Source of the DNA: an uncultured Gemmatimonadales bacterium
GTDB lineage: Bacteria; Gemmatimonadota; Gemmatimonadetes; Longimicrobiales; Longimicrobiaceae
NCBI GenBank assembly: GCA_963716255.1
Contig: OY970303.1
Span: forward strand, 3,744,001-3,808,000
Reading direction: 5' to 3'
DNA length: 64,000 bases
The translations under genes and the position numbers were made by a program. How positions within the stretch are numbered: position 1 is the first letter of the stretch; the number at the start of each line of letters is the position of its first letter. Below the pieces are notes generated by a model. The model was not told where the DNA came from and ran no database searches. It was given only the letters and a program-made list of their open reading frames with translations. Below, one piece after another: positions 28,396 through 39,056 of the stretch.

Positions 28396-30072
28396 TCAGG
28401 CGGCAGGCGCCTCCTCCGCAGCCAAAGCATTCTCCGCTGCGACTGGCGGCGAGGCGAGCGGCAGGGTGAAGTGGAAGGTGCTCCCCTCGCCCTCGCGCGT
28501 GTCCACCCAGATGCGCCCGCCGTGCGCCTCCACCACGGCGCGCGCGATGGACAGCCCCAGCCCCACGCCGCGGCGGTCGCGGCGGTCCGCCTGCCAGAAG
28601 GCGCCGAAGAGGTGGGGAAGCTGCTCCGCGGGGATGCCGGGGCCCTGGTCCGACACCGACACGCGCAGCTCCGGCCCCGCGGCCGCGCAGGCGACGGTCA
28701 CCCGGCCGCCCTCGGGCGAGAACTTGAGCGCGTTCCCCACCAGGTTGGAGAGCACCTGCACCACCCGCGGGCCGTCCGCCCGGACGGGGGGCGCGTCGTC
28801 GCACCCGGCCAGCACCAGGCGGATGGAGCGCGCCTCGGCGAGCGGGCGCAGCATGGACTCCGCGTCGGCGAAGAGGGGGCCCACCTCGCGCTCCCCCGCG
28901 TCCAGCGTGAGCCCGCCCATGTCCATGCGCGCCACGTCCAGCAGGTCGTCCACCAGCCGGTGCATGCGGTGCGCCGAGTGGTACATGCTTTCCAGCGACT
29001 CCTTGTGGAAGGCGTTCGCCCGGGGCGGCAGCATGTGCAGCAGCATCTCCGACCCCATGGCGATGGAGGCCAGCGGGTTGCGGAGGTCGTGCGCCACCAC
29101 CGCCAGCGTGTGGTCGCGGGCGCGCGTGGCCTGCTGCGCCTGCGCGAAGAGGCGCGCGTTCTCCGCGGCGAGGGCCACGCGGCGCGCCAGCTCCTCCGCC
29201 AGCTCCAGCTCCTCCCGCGCGAAGCGGCGTCCCTCCCCCCCGCGCACCAGCACCACCCCGCCCGCCACGCCCCCCGCCGAGCGGAAGGGCGCCGCCACCG
29301 TGGCGCCGGGACCCAGCGAGTGGCCGGAGCCGCCCGCGCCGTATTCCAGCGCCCAGGCGAGCTGCGTGGCGCGCTCCCCGCGGAACAGGTCGGCCAGGGG
29401 GTGAGCGGCGCCCTCCGCCGGGGCGCGGGCGGCGCGGAGCGCGGCCTCGCGCTCCGGGTCCGCGTGCGCCGCCGCCGCGGGGACGAAACCGCCGCCCGCC
29501 GCCAGCTCCACCACGCAGGCGTCCGCCAGGCGCGGCACCACCATGCGGGCCAGCTGCGCCAGCGCCGTGGCGCTGTCCAGCGAGGCGCCCAGCACCCGGC
29601 TGGCCTCCGCCAGCAGCGCCGCGCGGGCCGCGGCGGCCTCCGCGGCGGCCCGCGCGGCCCGCTCCTGCCGGTGCAGCACCCGCGTTTCCAGCAGGTTGCG
29701 CACGCGCAGCAGCACCTCCGTCCCGAAGAGCGGCTTGATCAGGAAGTCGTTCGCCCCCCCCGAGAGCGCCCGCTCCTTGGCGTCCGCGGTGGCGTCCGCC
29801 GTGAGCACCAGCACCGGCAGGTACTCCCCCGGCGCCGTGCGCGCGCGCACCTCCTCCAGCACCTGGAAGCCGCTGCGGTGGGACATGTGCAGGTCCAGCA
29901 GCACCAGGTCAGCCCCGTGCTCCTCCAGCAGCGGCACCGCGCGGCGCGCGTCCGAGGTGCGCACCAGCGAGCTGTAGCCGTCGCTGCGCAGGAAGGCCTC
30001 CAGCAGGTCCAGGTTGGCCTCCTCGTCGTCCACCAGCAGGACCGTGCAGCCGCGCAGCGCGTCCGGGGTCAT
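28396..30072 (-). CDS. Hybrid receiver-GAF-histidine kinase
   Basis: VLLVDDEEAN, LLDLHM, VAHDLRNPL, NLVGNALKF, GLGLSI. Confidence 0.9.
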   Translation of the reverse strand: MTPDALRGCTVLLVDDEEANLDLLEAFLRSDGYSSLVRTSDARRAVPLLEEHGADLVLLDLHMSHRSGFQVLEEVRARTAPGEYLPVLVLTADATADAKERALSGGANDFLIKPLFGTEVLLRVRNLLETRVLHRQERAARAAAEAAAARAALLAEASRVLGASLDSATALAQLARMVVPRLADACVVELAAGGGFVPAAAAHADPEREAALRAARAPAEGAAHPLADLFRGERATQLAWALEYGAGGSGHSLGPGATVAAPFRSAGGVAGGVVLVRGGEGRRFAREELELAEELARRVALAAENARLFAQAQQATRARDHTLAVVAHDLRNPLASIAMGSEMLLHMLPPRANAFHKESLESMYHSAHRMHRLVDDLLDVARMDMGGLTLDAGEREVGPLFADAESMLRPLAEARSIRLVLAGCDDAPPVRADGPRVVQVLSNLVGNALKFSPEGGRVTVACAAAGPELRVSVSDQGPGIPAEQLPHLFGAFWQADRRDRRGVGLGLSIARAVVEAHGGRIWVDTREGEGSTFHFTLPLASPPVAAENALAAEEAPAA

Positions 30073-33000
30073 CGGCCGGCCCCGGGGAGGAAGCGCTCCA
30101 CCGCCGCCAGGAACTCGTCGATGTCCAGCGGCTTGGTCAGGTAGGCGTCCGCCCCCGCCGCGCGCAGCCGGTCCACCATGGCGTGCGTGGCGTCCGCGCT
30201 GATCACCACCACCGGGATCCCCGCGGTGCGCTCGTCCGCGCGCAGGCGGCGCAGGACCTCCTCGCCGGAGATGTCGGGGAGGTGAAGGTCCAGCAGCACC
30301 AGGTCGGGCCGGTGCTCGCGCGCCAGCTCCACCCCCAGCCGCCCCTGGAGCGCCGGCACCGTGCGCCACCCCGGCCGCGACAGCAGGATGGTCTCCACCA
30401 GGCTCAGGTTCGCCAGGTTGTCCTCCACGTACAGCAGCGTGGCCGGGGCGTGCGCAGCATTCTCCACGGGCGCGGCGCGGCGCGCCTCCTCCACCCGCTC
30501 CAGCGGGTCGTCCGCCGAGCGCAGCTCCAGCCGGAAGACGCTCCCCTCCGGGCCGGTCTCCTCCAGCGTCAGCGCCCCGCCCATCGCCTCCGTCAGCCGC
30601 TGCGACAGGGCGAGCCCCAGCCCCGTCCCCTCGATCTCCGTCTGCTCGGCGCCCAGGCGGGCGAAGGGGGTGAAGAGCTGGCCCGCGCGGTCGGCGGGGA
30701 TGCCGCGGCCGGTGTCGGCCACCCGTACCGCCAGGAGCGCGCTCCCTCCGTCTTTGCCGGGGACGAAGGCGCAGTCCAGCCGCACCCGGCCCCCGGGCCG
30801 GTTGTACTTGATGGCGTTGGTGAGCAGGTTGAGGAGCACCTGCGTGAGCCGCTGCCGGTCGGCGCGCACGTACTCGCCGGCGAAGGCGCGAGGCGCGTCC
30901 TCCAGCGTCACCCGCCACTGCTCCGCCAGCGGACGCACCAGCCCCACCGCTTCCGCCAGCACCCCGCCGATCCGTACCGGCTCCAGCGACAGGCTCTGCC
31001 GCCCGGCCTCGATCCGCGCGATCTCCAGCACCTCGTTGATGAGCTGCAGCAGGTGCCGCCCGGCGCGCAGGATGTGCTGGAGCGACTTCTGGTGCTCCGG
31101 CGCCATCCCCGCCCGGTCCAGCACCTGCGCAAAGCCCAGGATGCTGTTGAGCGGGGTGCGCAGCTCGTGGCTCATGCGCGACAGGAACTCGCTCTTGGCG
31201 CGGTTCGCCTCCTCCGCCTCCTCCTTGGCCCGGGCCAGCGCCTCCTCCGCCGCCTTGCGCTCGGTGACGTCGCGGGCGTTCACCACCACCCCCGCCTCCG
31301 GGTCCAGCGGGTTCAGCAGCCGCCCGAACGCCTCCAGCATGCGCCAGCTCCCGTCCGCGTGGCGGAAGCGGTACTCCGCGTAGCCGGTGAGTCCCGGCTC
31401 GCGCAGGATGCGCCCCAGCTCCGCCGCCACCAGCCCGCGGTCCTCGGGGTGGATGTAGGCGAAGGCGCTGCGCCCCATCAGCTCCTCCGGGTCGGTCCCC
31501 AGGATGCGCTGCGTGGGCGGGCTCAGGTACGCCATGGTCCCGGCCGGGTCCAGGATGCAGATGAGGTCGTGCGCGTTCTCGATCAGGGCGCGGAAGTGCT
31601 CCTCGCTCTGGCGCAGCGCTTCCTCCGCGCGGCGGCGGGCGGTGACGTCGCGGGTGTTGAAGACGAAGCCCTCCGCCCCCGATTCCGGCCGCAGCGACTT
31701 GACCACCCCCTCCAGCACGATCCAGTGCCCCTCGCGGTGGCGGTAGCGGAACTCCAGGGGAACGGGGGTGCCCGGCTTCTCCGCCGCTTCCCGGCGCCGC
31801 TCCCCCGCGAGGGCGCGGTCGTCCGGGTGGATCATCTCCAGCGAGCTGCGCCCGGTGCGCTCCTCCGGCGTCCACCCCACCACCCGCGGCGCCGAAGGGC
31901 TGATGTAGGTGGTGACCCCCTCCGCGTCCAGGATGACGATGAGGTCCTGGCCGTTTTCGATGAGGCCGCGGAAGTGCTCCTCGCGGGCCACCAGGGCGCG
32001 CTCCGCCTCCTTTGCCTCGGTGATGTCGCGCACCACCGCGATCAGCCGCCCGTCGCCCAGGGGGAGCACACGCCCCTCGAAGTCGCGCGTCCCCACGTCC
32101 AGCGGCAGCGCGTACTCCATGCACACCAGCTCCCCGGTGCGCCGCACCTCCTCCAGCACCTCCTCCACCCGCGCACCCACCTCCGGCGGGAGCACGTCCT
32201 GCATCCGCCGCCCCAGGAACTCCTCCGGGGGCGCCGCCAGCACGCCGGATCCGGCGCGGAAGTCCTCGATGACGCCGTCGCCGTGCATGCGGAAGTACAG
32301 GTCCGGGAGCGCCTGGAAGATCCCCTCCAGCTCCTGCGTGCGGTCCACCAGCTCCTGCTTCGCGGCCTCGTGCTCCGCGACCTCCTCCTCCAGCGCCTCG
32401 TTGGTGGCCGCCAGCTCCGCGGTGCGCTCGGCGACGCGCGCCTCCAGCTCCTCGTTCTGGCGGCGCAGCAGCTCCTCGGCCCGCTTGCGGTCGGCGATGT
32501 CGCGCGCGGTGGCCAGGACGCGGTCCTGCCCGCCGATGCCCACCCGGCGCAGCTGCACCTCGCCCCACACCGGCGACCCGTCCCTGTGGCGCCCCAGCCA
32601 CTCGAAGCGCTGCGGCTCCCCCGCCGCCGCCCGCAGGAGGAACGCGCGCCCCTCCGCGCCGGTGAAGGGGGGCTCCCCCCAACTCAGCCCCGCCACCCCC
32701 AGCACCCGCGTCTCGTCGGCCGTGTAGCCGTACATCTCGCAGGCGCGCTGGTTCACGTCCAGGAAGGCGCCCGTTTCCAGGTCGTGCACCCAGATGGCGT
32801 CCGAGGAGCCGTCGAAGATGGTGCGGTAGCTTGCCTCCGAGGCGCGCAGCGCCTCCTCCGCCACGCGGCGCGCGGTGACGTCGCGCGAGGTGCCCACCAT
32901 GCGAAGCGGCGCCCCGGACTCGTCCGGGAGCAGCTGCCCCAGCGCGTGCAGCCGGCGCACGGCGCCGTCCGGCCGGACGATGCGGTACTCGAAGGAGAAG

Positions 33001-33470
33001 GCCTCCCCGGTGGCCAGCAGCCGCTCGCACTCGCCCACCACCCGGCCGCGGTCCTCGGGGTGCACCGCCGCCACGAACGTCTCGAAGTCGCGCGGCGCCG
33101 TGACCTCGTCCAGCCCGTGGATGCGAAGCTGCTCCGCCGACCAGGAGATGCGGTTGGTGGCGACCTCCCAGCTCCAGCTCCCCAGCTGGGCCAGCTTCTC
33201 CGTCTGCTCCACCTGCCGCTCGCGCTCGCGCAGCGCCCGCTCCGCGCGCAGCCGCGCCTCGCGCTCCCCCGCCAGCGCGGCGGCGAGCGGCCCGGCGTCG
33301 GGATCGGCGGACGGCGCGAAGGCGGCGGCGTCGGCGCGCAGGGCGCGCGCGCCCGCCTCCAGCACGGCGCGGAGGGCGTCGTCGGGCTCCAGCGCGGCGG
33401 CGCGCGCGAGCTCCCGCAGCGCGCGGTCGAGCGCCTGCGCCGGGGTGTCGGGGGAGGACTGCGTCGGCAT
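30069..33470 (-). CDS. Multi-PAS hybrid sensor histidine kinase with C-terminal receiver
   Basis: Several HPED/HPDD PAS motifs, MSHELRTPLN, GTGLGL, LLYVEDN...LLDLHLPD. Confidence 0.92.
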   Translation of the reverse strand: MPTQSSPDTPAQALDRALRELARAAALEPDDALRAVLEAGARALRADAAAFAPSADPDAGPLAAALAGEREARLRAERALRERERQVEQTEKLAQLGSWSWEVATNRISWSAEQLRIHGLDEVTAPRDFETFVAAVHPEDRGRVVGECERLLATGEAFSFEYRIVRPDGAVRRLHALGQLLPDESGAPLRMVGTSRDVTARRVAEEALRASEASYRTIFDGSSDAIWVHDLETGAFLDVNQRACEMYGYTADETRVLGVAGLSWGEPPFTGAEGRAFLLRAAAGEPQRFEWLGRHRDGSPVWGEVQLRRVGIGGQDRVLATARDIADRKRAEELLRRQNEELEARVAERTAELAATNEALEEEVAEHEAAKQELVDRTQELEGIFQALPDLYFRMHGDGVIEDFRAGSGVLAAPPEEFLGRRMQDVLPPEVGARVEEVLEEVRRTGELVCMEYALPLDVGTRDFEGRVLPLGDGRLIAVVRDITEAKEAERALVAREEHFRGLIENGQDLIVILDAEGVTTYISPSAPRVVGWTPEERTGRSSLEMIHPDDRALAGERRREAAEKPGTPVPLEFRYRHREGHWIVLEGVVKSLRPESGAEGFVFNTRDVTARRRAEEALRQSEEHFRALIENAHDLICILDPAGTMAYLSPPTQRILGTDPEELMGRSAFAYIHPEDRGLVAAELGRILREPGLTGYAEYRFRHADGSWRMLEAFGRLLNPLDPEAGVVVNARDVTERKAAEEALARAKEEAEEANRAKSEFLSRMSHELRTPLNSILGFAQVLDRAGMAPEHQKSLQHILRAGRHLLQLINEVLEIARIEAGRQSLSLEPVRIGGVLAEAVGLVRPLAEQWRVTLEDAPRAFAGEYVRADRQRLTQVLLNLLTNAIKYNRPGGRVRLDCAFVPGKDGGSALLAVRVADTGRGIPADRAGQLFTPFARLGAEQTEIEGTGLGLALSQRLTEAMGGALTLEETGPEGSVFRLELRSADDPLERVEEARRAAPVENAAHAPATLLYVEDNLANLSLVETILLSRPGWRTVPALQGRLGVELAREHRPDLVLLDLHLPDISGEEVLRRLRADERTAGIPVVVISADATHAMVDRLRAAGADAYLTKPLDIDEFLAAVERFLPGAGR

Positions 33471-33823
33471 GGTGCGGCGGGGGTGAGGCAGGTTCCCTGG
33501 AGGCGGGCCGCGCGGCGGGCGTTGCACCCGTTCGGCGGCTCCCGGGACGAAGCTACCCTTGCGCGCGACGGCGAACAAGAAGCGCGCGAGGGGTCCAAAA
33601 AGCAGGCCGCCCCGCGCCCGGTGCAGACAGGACGCGGGACGCGGGACGCGGGATCGTCGCCATCTATCGTCGACCTCCACCCTCACTCACCCGCGGACGA
33701 GTCTACGGGCCCCCGGGTGGCGCGGCATGGGTCGTCCGACCCATTTCGTTCGGAAGCATGAACTCGAAGAAACCCCGCTCCGGGGAATGGGAAGCTCGTC
33801 GAGGCATGACAGGCGGGTACACG

Positions 33824-33856
33824 CTGGCCCCGCACCTCTGAGAGGTGCGGGGCCAG
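33824..33856 (-). terminator. Hairpin terminator after peptide gene 2
   Basis: CTGGCCCCGCACCTCT-g-AGAGGTGCGGGGCCAG. Confidence 0.65.
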
Positions 33857-33873
33857 GCTGCCGGAGGCAGCGC

Positions 33874-34080
33874 TCAGCAGGCAGGACAGGGCTGCGTCAA
33901 CCGGACGCATGTCTCAGAGCCGTCCTCGCAGACGCAGAGCGTTTCGAGAGGCCTACAGTTCAGGCTGGAGACCGTGTTACCCTGCGGCTCTGCGAGGGCC
34001 TGGGTGGCTCCGAAACCGAATACGATCGCGCAAGAGACGCCGAACAGCGCCCGGCGCAGGTGGATGAACGAACGGCTCAT
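33874..34080 (-). CDS. Small secreted six-Cys peptide 2
   Basis: GGAGGA RBS; MSRSFIHLRRALFGVSCAIVFGFGATQALA leader; core C-x6-C-x-C-x6-C-x6-C-x2-C. Confidence 0.8.
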   Translation of the reverse strand: MSRSFIHLRRALFGVSCAIVFGFGATQALAEPQGNTVSSLNCRPLETLCVCEDGSETCVRLTQPCPAC

Positions 34081-34138
34081 AGCGTCCTCCGGTGAAGCAG
34101 TGGACCCGTATTCGCCGCGGGCGTGCGACGATGTAAGC

Positions 34139-34167
34139 ATGTTATAAGACAATTAATGGGAATGCAA
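34139..34167 (-). promoter_or_regulatory. Sigma70-like promoter of peptide gene 2
   Basis: TTGCAT-N17-TAACAT on the minus strand. Confidence 0.6.
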
Positions 34168-34300
34168 CGATCCTGGGTAGCTTCCCGCATGGCCGGGCGG
34201 CCTCAGTCGTCTTCACGTCCACGGTGGAGGGAAACAGTGAAGGCCGGCCCCGCCGTGGGGCCGGCCCTCTGCGTCGCCTGCCGTTCCCGTGGCCAGCCGT

Positions 34301-35830
34301 TCAGCCGGCACCGGGGAGCGGGGCGAGCCGGGTCTCGCGGACCTCTGCGAGCTTCAGGCGGAGACGCGCGTACTCGGCCTCCTGCTCGGGGGTGCGCGCG
34401 ATGCCCTCCCAGGCGAGGTTGGTTGCCTCCAGCGGGCGGGCGTGCAGGTCGTACATCTCCCACTGGCTGGGGACCTGGCCGTCCGCGTCGTAGTACTCGG
34501 CCAGCTTCCAGCGCTCCTCGCGGATGGCGACGATGTGGTTGGGAGGCGGCAGGTACGGGCCCGACGCCTGTCCCGCCTGCCAGTCGTCCCAGGTGAAGAC
34601 CACGTAGCGCTGGGGCGCCTTCGCCTCCGCCGGATCCAGCACGGCGTCGGAGTAGTCCACGCCCTGCCACGGGGCGCGGGCGGCGTCCGGCGCGCCGAAG
34701 AGGCCGGCGAGCGTGGGGAGGAAGTCCACGTGGGAGACGAGCGCGTCGGAATGGCGGGGCGCCGGGAAGAGGCGCGGGTTGGAGTAGACCAGCGGCACCC
34801 GCAGCGACTCCTCGTAGAAGTTGAAGTTCTTCTGCCGCAGCCCGCCGTGCGCCAGCCCCATCTCGCCGTGGTCGGCGGTGCGGATCACCACCGTGTCGTC
34901 CAGCAGCCCCTCCGCCTCCAGCGCGTCCAGGACGTCCACCAGGTAGCGGTCCGAGGCCTTCATCAGGTTGCCGTAGAAGTTCAGGTAGTTCCTCTGCTTC
35001 TCCGGCGTGTCCAGCGGCCCGGTGGCGCCGAACAGCTTGAGGAACTGCCCCTGCACGCTGGGCTTGGTGGCGAGGTCCTCGTCCACCGTGTCCGGGAGCC
35101 CGACGTCGCCCTCCAGCCACGAATCGTCGTAGCCCGCGTCCAGGTAGGTCTTGGGGTAGAAGAGGACGTCGTGCGGGTTCACGAGCGAGACCACCAGGAA
35201 GAAGGGCTGCTGCCGTGCCGCCTCCGAGCGCAGGTAGGCGAGCGCCCCTTCCTCGCCGGCGTCCACGTCGCCGTCCGCGTTCATGAAGCGTCCGTCGTTG
35301 TCCGGGTCGCCCCCGCCGGCCTCGGGGATGTCCTGGTTGGCCCCCGCGTCCTGCGGGTTCCAGCGCGTGAAACCGTACTGCCCCACGTCCGAGGGAACCC
35401 AGGTGCTGCCGTCGGCGGGTTTGTTCAGGTGCCACTTCCCCTTGTAGACCGCCTCGTAGCCCGCCGCCGACATCACCGTGGCGAGGTTGGGAAGGTCCAG
35501 CGGCATCTCCACCTGGTCGTACTTGGCGGGATCGTCCATGTCCAGCTCCAGCGTGTACTTGACCCCGTGCTGGGCGGGAAAGTAGCCGGTCATCATGGTG
35601 GTGCGGGCCGGAGAGCACATGCACGAGTTGGTGAACGCGTTCCGGAAGGTCACGCCGTGGCGCTGCAGGCGGGTGAGGCCGGGGAGGTTCTTCTCGGCCC
35701 ACCCCGGCGGGAAGTGCTGGATCGCCCGCTCCTGGTCCGTCACGAACAGCACCACGTTCATCCCGGCTATGCTTCGGGCGGCGGGTCCTTCGTGCGGGGC
35801 GGAGCCACCGCGGTCGTTCGGCTGGGACAT
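34301..35830 (-). CDS. Formylglycine-dependent sulfatase
   Basis: LFVTDQER, CSPARTTMMTG (CxPxR), GKWHL, TADHGEM. Confidence 0.92.
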   Translation of the reverse strand: MSQPNDRGGSAPHEGPAARSIAGMNVVLFVTDQERAIQHFPPGWAEKNLPGLTRLQRHGVTFRNAFTNSCMCSPARTTMMTGYFPAQHGVKYTLELDMDDPAKYDQVEMPLDLPNLATVMSAAGYEAVYKGKWHLNKPADGSTWVPSDVGQYGFTRWNPQDAGANQDIPEAGGGDPDNDGRFMNADGDVDAGEEGALAYLRSEAARQQPFFLVVSLVNPHDVLFYPKTYLDAGYDDSWLEGDVGLPDTVDEDLATKPSVQGQFLKLFGATGPLDTPEKQRNYLNFYGNLMKASDRYLVDVLDALEAEGLLDDTVVIRTADHGEMGLAHGGLRQKNFNFYEESLRVPLVYSNPRLFPAPRHSDALVSHVDFLPTLAGLFGAPDAARAPWQGVDYSDAVLDPAEAKAPQRYVVFTWDDWQAGQASGPYLPPPNHIVAIREERWKLAEYYDADGQVPSQWEMYDLHARPLEATNLAWEGIARTPEQEAEYARLRLKLAEVRETRLAPLPGAG

Positions 35831-36003
35831 GGTTTCCTCTCCGGCGGGCGTTTGGGAAGGGGACTGCGAAAAGGATCGGCGCTTCGGTGCCCCATGATGG
35901 CCGCTACCGGCACGACGGGCAAGGATGGATCGGCCGGCGGGAAAAACGAAGGGCCGGCCCCGCGGCGGGGCCGGCCCTGGTCGCCTGGTGCGGCGGGCGC
36001 AGT

Positions 36004-36699
36004 CTACGGCTGCGGCTGCACCTGGTCGATGAACACTTCCAGGTTGTGGTTCACCCGGAAGCCGGCGACGCCATCGGTGGACAGCTCGCTCCTGGGGCGG
36101 CGGGCCACCTCCTGCCCGTTCACCAAGAACACCACGTCTGCGCCCCGCACGGCCACGCCCAGCACGTTCGCCGCGCCGGCCTCGCCCTCCACCTTGCGGA
36201 TGGCGGCGTGCGGGGTCCAGTCCACCACCTTGGTGCGCACCTCGCCCCTGCGGTCGGCGATGAAGTACTCGCCCGTCTGGCGGACCAGGAAGTACGAGTA
36301 GCGCTGCTCCGCGCCGTCCAGCCCGCTCCCGCCGATCACCAGGCCGTACGCCTCCGGGTGCTGCGAGGCCCTGGGCTGGCGGAAGCGCGCGGCGTAGGCG
36401 TAGTCACCGGACTTCGCCCAGCCGGCGTTGTAGTACACGGCGCCCACGGGGCCGGTGGCGGCGTGCAGCTCGGTGCCGTGGTCCATCAGCCACACCTGGT
36501 CGCGCGGGGCGTCGCGGTCGGTCCGGACCGCCCACCCGGCGGGGTACCGCGTGTGGTCGGGGGCCTGCGACGAAGCGGGCTGGCCCTGCACGTGCGGGGT
36601 CGGCTGGCCCTGCTGCTGCGCGGGAGTGGCGTGCTGGTGCTGGGCCGCCAGCGGGGCGGCGGCGGCGAGCGCGGCGAGCGCGAGGAGGAGCGTACGCAT
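36004..36699 (-). CDS. Secreted hypothetical protein (beta-sandwich-like)
   Basis: Signal peptide MRTLLLALAALAAAAPLAA; HPEAYGL, GFRVNHNL. Confidence 0.7.
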   Translation of the reverse strand: MRTLLLALAALAAAAPLAAQHQHATPAQQQGQPTPHVQGQPASSQAPDHTRYPAGWAVRTDRDAPRDQVWLMDHGTELHAATGPVGAVYYNAGWAKSGDYAYAARFRQPRASQHPEAYGLVIGGSGLDGAEQRYSYFLVRQTGEYFIADRRGEVRTKVVDWTPHAAIRKVEGEAGAANVLGVAVRGADVVFLVNGQEVARRPRSELSTDGVAGFRVNHNLEVFIDQVQPQP

Positions 36700-36810
36700 G
36701 GCGGCTGGTCCGGGATGGAGGGGTCGGTGAGCGCGCGGGGCACGGCGGCGGGTCCGCGAGGGGACCAAGATAATCTCCCCCGCGGCGCGGTGCACGGGTC
36801 CCGGCGCGCG

Positions 36811-37068
36811 CTACCGCTCCAGCACCACGTGGTAGGTGCGCTCGGCGAAGGGGTGGATCTCCACCCCCGTCCACCCCCGGGCGCGGTAGCGGGCGCGCAG
36901 CTCCAGAATCATCTCGTATGTGAGCGTCTCGGGGACCGAGAGCCAGTGCACGATGCGTCCCGGCGCCGTCCCCGGCTCGCCGATCCGCTGGTTCAGGATC
37001 GTTTCGAACTGGTCGCAGACGCTGCGGTCCGCGGGGGTGAGCTCGGCGAGCTCGCTGAGGTACGGCAT
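36811..37068 (-). CDS. Small hypothetical protein
   Basis: GGAGGAG RBS; 85-aa ORF with non-shadow composition. Confidence 0.65.
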   Translation of the reverse strand: MPYLSELAELTPADRSVCDQFETILNQRIGEPGTAPGRIVHWLSVPETLTYEMILELRARYRARGWTGVEIHPFAERTYHVVLER

Positions 37069-37150
37069 GGTCGTGTCTCCTCCGGGGGCGTCTCGGGTGA
37101 CCGTGACCGCCCCGTCTTTGCAGGAAGCCGGCCAGCCGGACGCGCCCCCC

Positions 37151-38443
37151 CTACTGGATGCGGCGCAGCCCGCGCAGCTGGGGGACGCGCCACGCCATCA
37201 CCGCCACCACCAGCAGCGTCATCACCCCGCCGAACACCACCGAGGGGACCGTCCCCATCAGCCGCGCCGCCACCCCGGACTCGAACTGCCCGATCTCGTT
37301 GGACGAGCCGATGAAGATGCTGTTCACCGACGACACGCGCCCCAGCAGGTGGTCCGGGGTGAGCACGGTGAGCAGGGTGGAGCGGATCACCACGCTTACG
37401 TTGTCCACCATCCCGCTGAGCGCCAGCAGCCCCAGCGAAAGCGCGAAGCTGCGCGACAGCCCGAAACCGATCATGCACGCCCCGAACACCGCCACGCACG
37501 CCAGCAGGGTGCGCCCGGCGCGCCGCATGGGCGGACGGTGCGCCAGGAACACCGACATGGCCACCGCCCCCACCGCCGGCGCGGCGCGCAGCAGCCCCAG
37601 CCCCTGCGGCCCCACGTGCAGCACCTCGGACGCGAACACCGGCAGCAGCGCCACCGCCCCGCCGAAGAGCACCGAGAACATGTCCAGCGTCAGCGCCGCC
37701 AGCAGCACCGGCTGCCCCCGCAGGAAGCGGATCCCCACCGTGAGGTTCTCCCCCACGGACACGGCCGGGCCGGCCTCGCGCGGCCTGGGCTCGTGGAGCA
37801 CCTTCGCCAGCGCCGCGAGCGCCACGGCCATCAGCGCCACGTCCACCGCGTAGGCCAGCCGCGCCCCTCCCGCCGCATACAGCAGCCCGCCGGCCGCCGG
37901 CCCCACCACAGCCGCCGTCTGCCACACCGAGCTGCGCCACGCCACCGCGTTGGGATACAGCTCGCGCGGGACGATCTCCGCCCCCAGCGCCGTGCGCGCC
38001 GGCTGGAGGAAGCTGCGGGCGATGCCGCTGGCGAAGATCACCGCGTAGATGGGCCACACGCGGCCGCCGGCGATCAGGTGCGGGCTCAGCGAAAAGGCCA
38101 GCAGCGCCACGGAGCACGCCGCGAGCACCGCCAGCGAGGCAAGGCACAGGACACGGCGGTCGGCGCGGTCGGCCACGTGCCCGGCGTACAGCGCCACCCC
38201 GATGAAGGGGAGCACCTCCGCCAGCCCGATCAGCCCCAGCGCCAGCGGGTCGCCGGTCTGCTCGTACACCTGCCAGCCCACCACCAGCCCCTGCACCTGC
38301 ACCCCGAAGGTGGCCGCGAGCAGGCTGGCGATGTACCAGCGGAAGGCGGGGAAGCGGAAGGAGGCGTAGGAGTCGTGGCGCGCGCCGCCCGCGTCGGGAT
38401 CGTCCGGGCTTCCCGCGGGCCGGGGTGTGGTGGGGTCGGGCAT
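37151..38443 (-). CDS. MFS transporter (MFS_3-like)
   Basis: About 12 TM; GHVADRADRR, LDMFSVLFGGAVALLP, IFIGSSNEIG. Confidence 0.9.
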   Translation of the reverse strand: MPDPTTPRPAGSPDDPDAGGARHDSYASFRFPAFRWYIASLLAATFGVQVQGLVVGWQVYEQTGDPLALGLIGLAEVLPFIGVALYAGHVADRADRRVLCLASLAVLAACSVALLAFSLSPHLIAGGRVWPIYAVIFASGIARSFLQPARTALGAEIVPRELYPNAVAWRSSVWQTAAVVGPAAGGLLYAAGGARLAYAVDVALMAVALAALAKVLHEPRPREAGPAVSVGENLTVGIRFLRGQPVLLAALTLDMFSVLFGGAVALLPVFASEVLHVGPQGLGLLRAAPAVGAVAMSVFLAHRPPMRRAGRTLLACVAVFGACMIGFGLSRSFALSLGLLALSGMVDNVSVVIRSTLLTVLTPDHLLGRVSSVNSIFIGSSNEIGQFESGVAARLMGTVPSVVFGGVMTLLVVAVMAWRVPQLRGLRRIQ

Positions 38444-38615
38444 GCTTCCGGTTGTGGTGAGTTCCCGCCGGCGCGCGGAACCGCCGCCGTGCGGCCGCAA
38501 ATCTCGCCGCGCGGCGGGGGTCCTGTCCATCCGTCCCCGGAGCGGAACTCGCAGCCCCGCGGGCCTTTCCCGCCCGCAGGGCGGCCGTACCGGCCCTTCA
38601 CGCGAGGCGATCGGG

Positions 38616-38705
38616 ATGACGACGAGCGGAGGCCGCGGCCTGCGGGTCCTGGTGTTCGGCGCGTCGCTGCGGCGGCTGGAGGCGGCGGACGCGCTCGTGG
38701 TCTGC
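38616..38705 (+). pseudogene. Possible remnant of an NADPH-dependent FMN reductase
   Basis: LRVLVFGASLRR fused directly to LEAADALVV, two motifs normally separated by tens of residues. Confidence 0.35.
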
Positions 38706-39056
38706 CCGCAGGGGGCGAGCGGGGCCGTGGGCGGCGATCCTGCGGCGATCCTGCGGCGGGCCGAGGAGGGTCCGCCGACCAAGGACGCAGTCCAGCCTCC
38801 CGAACCTGATCCGGTAGCGGGAGCGGAGTCGATTTTCTTGCGGGAAACGGGGAACCGGGCACACATTGCGGCGGAGTGCGTGTGGTCGGGCCCCTGCGTC
38901 GCAAATTCGTCACACAAAGGGGGCCTGCGGTCGCCGTAAAGAAGGCTGCTGCGGGATCGGTGTCGAAAAGGCTTCCTGATGGATCGTCGGGGCCACTTAC
39001 CCTCCCCGGTGAAATCGGCCTCGTCTCTGCCGACAATGATTCACGACGGCGCACCC

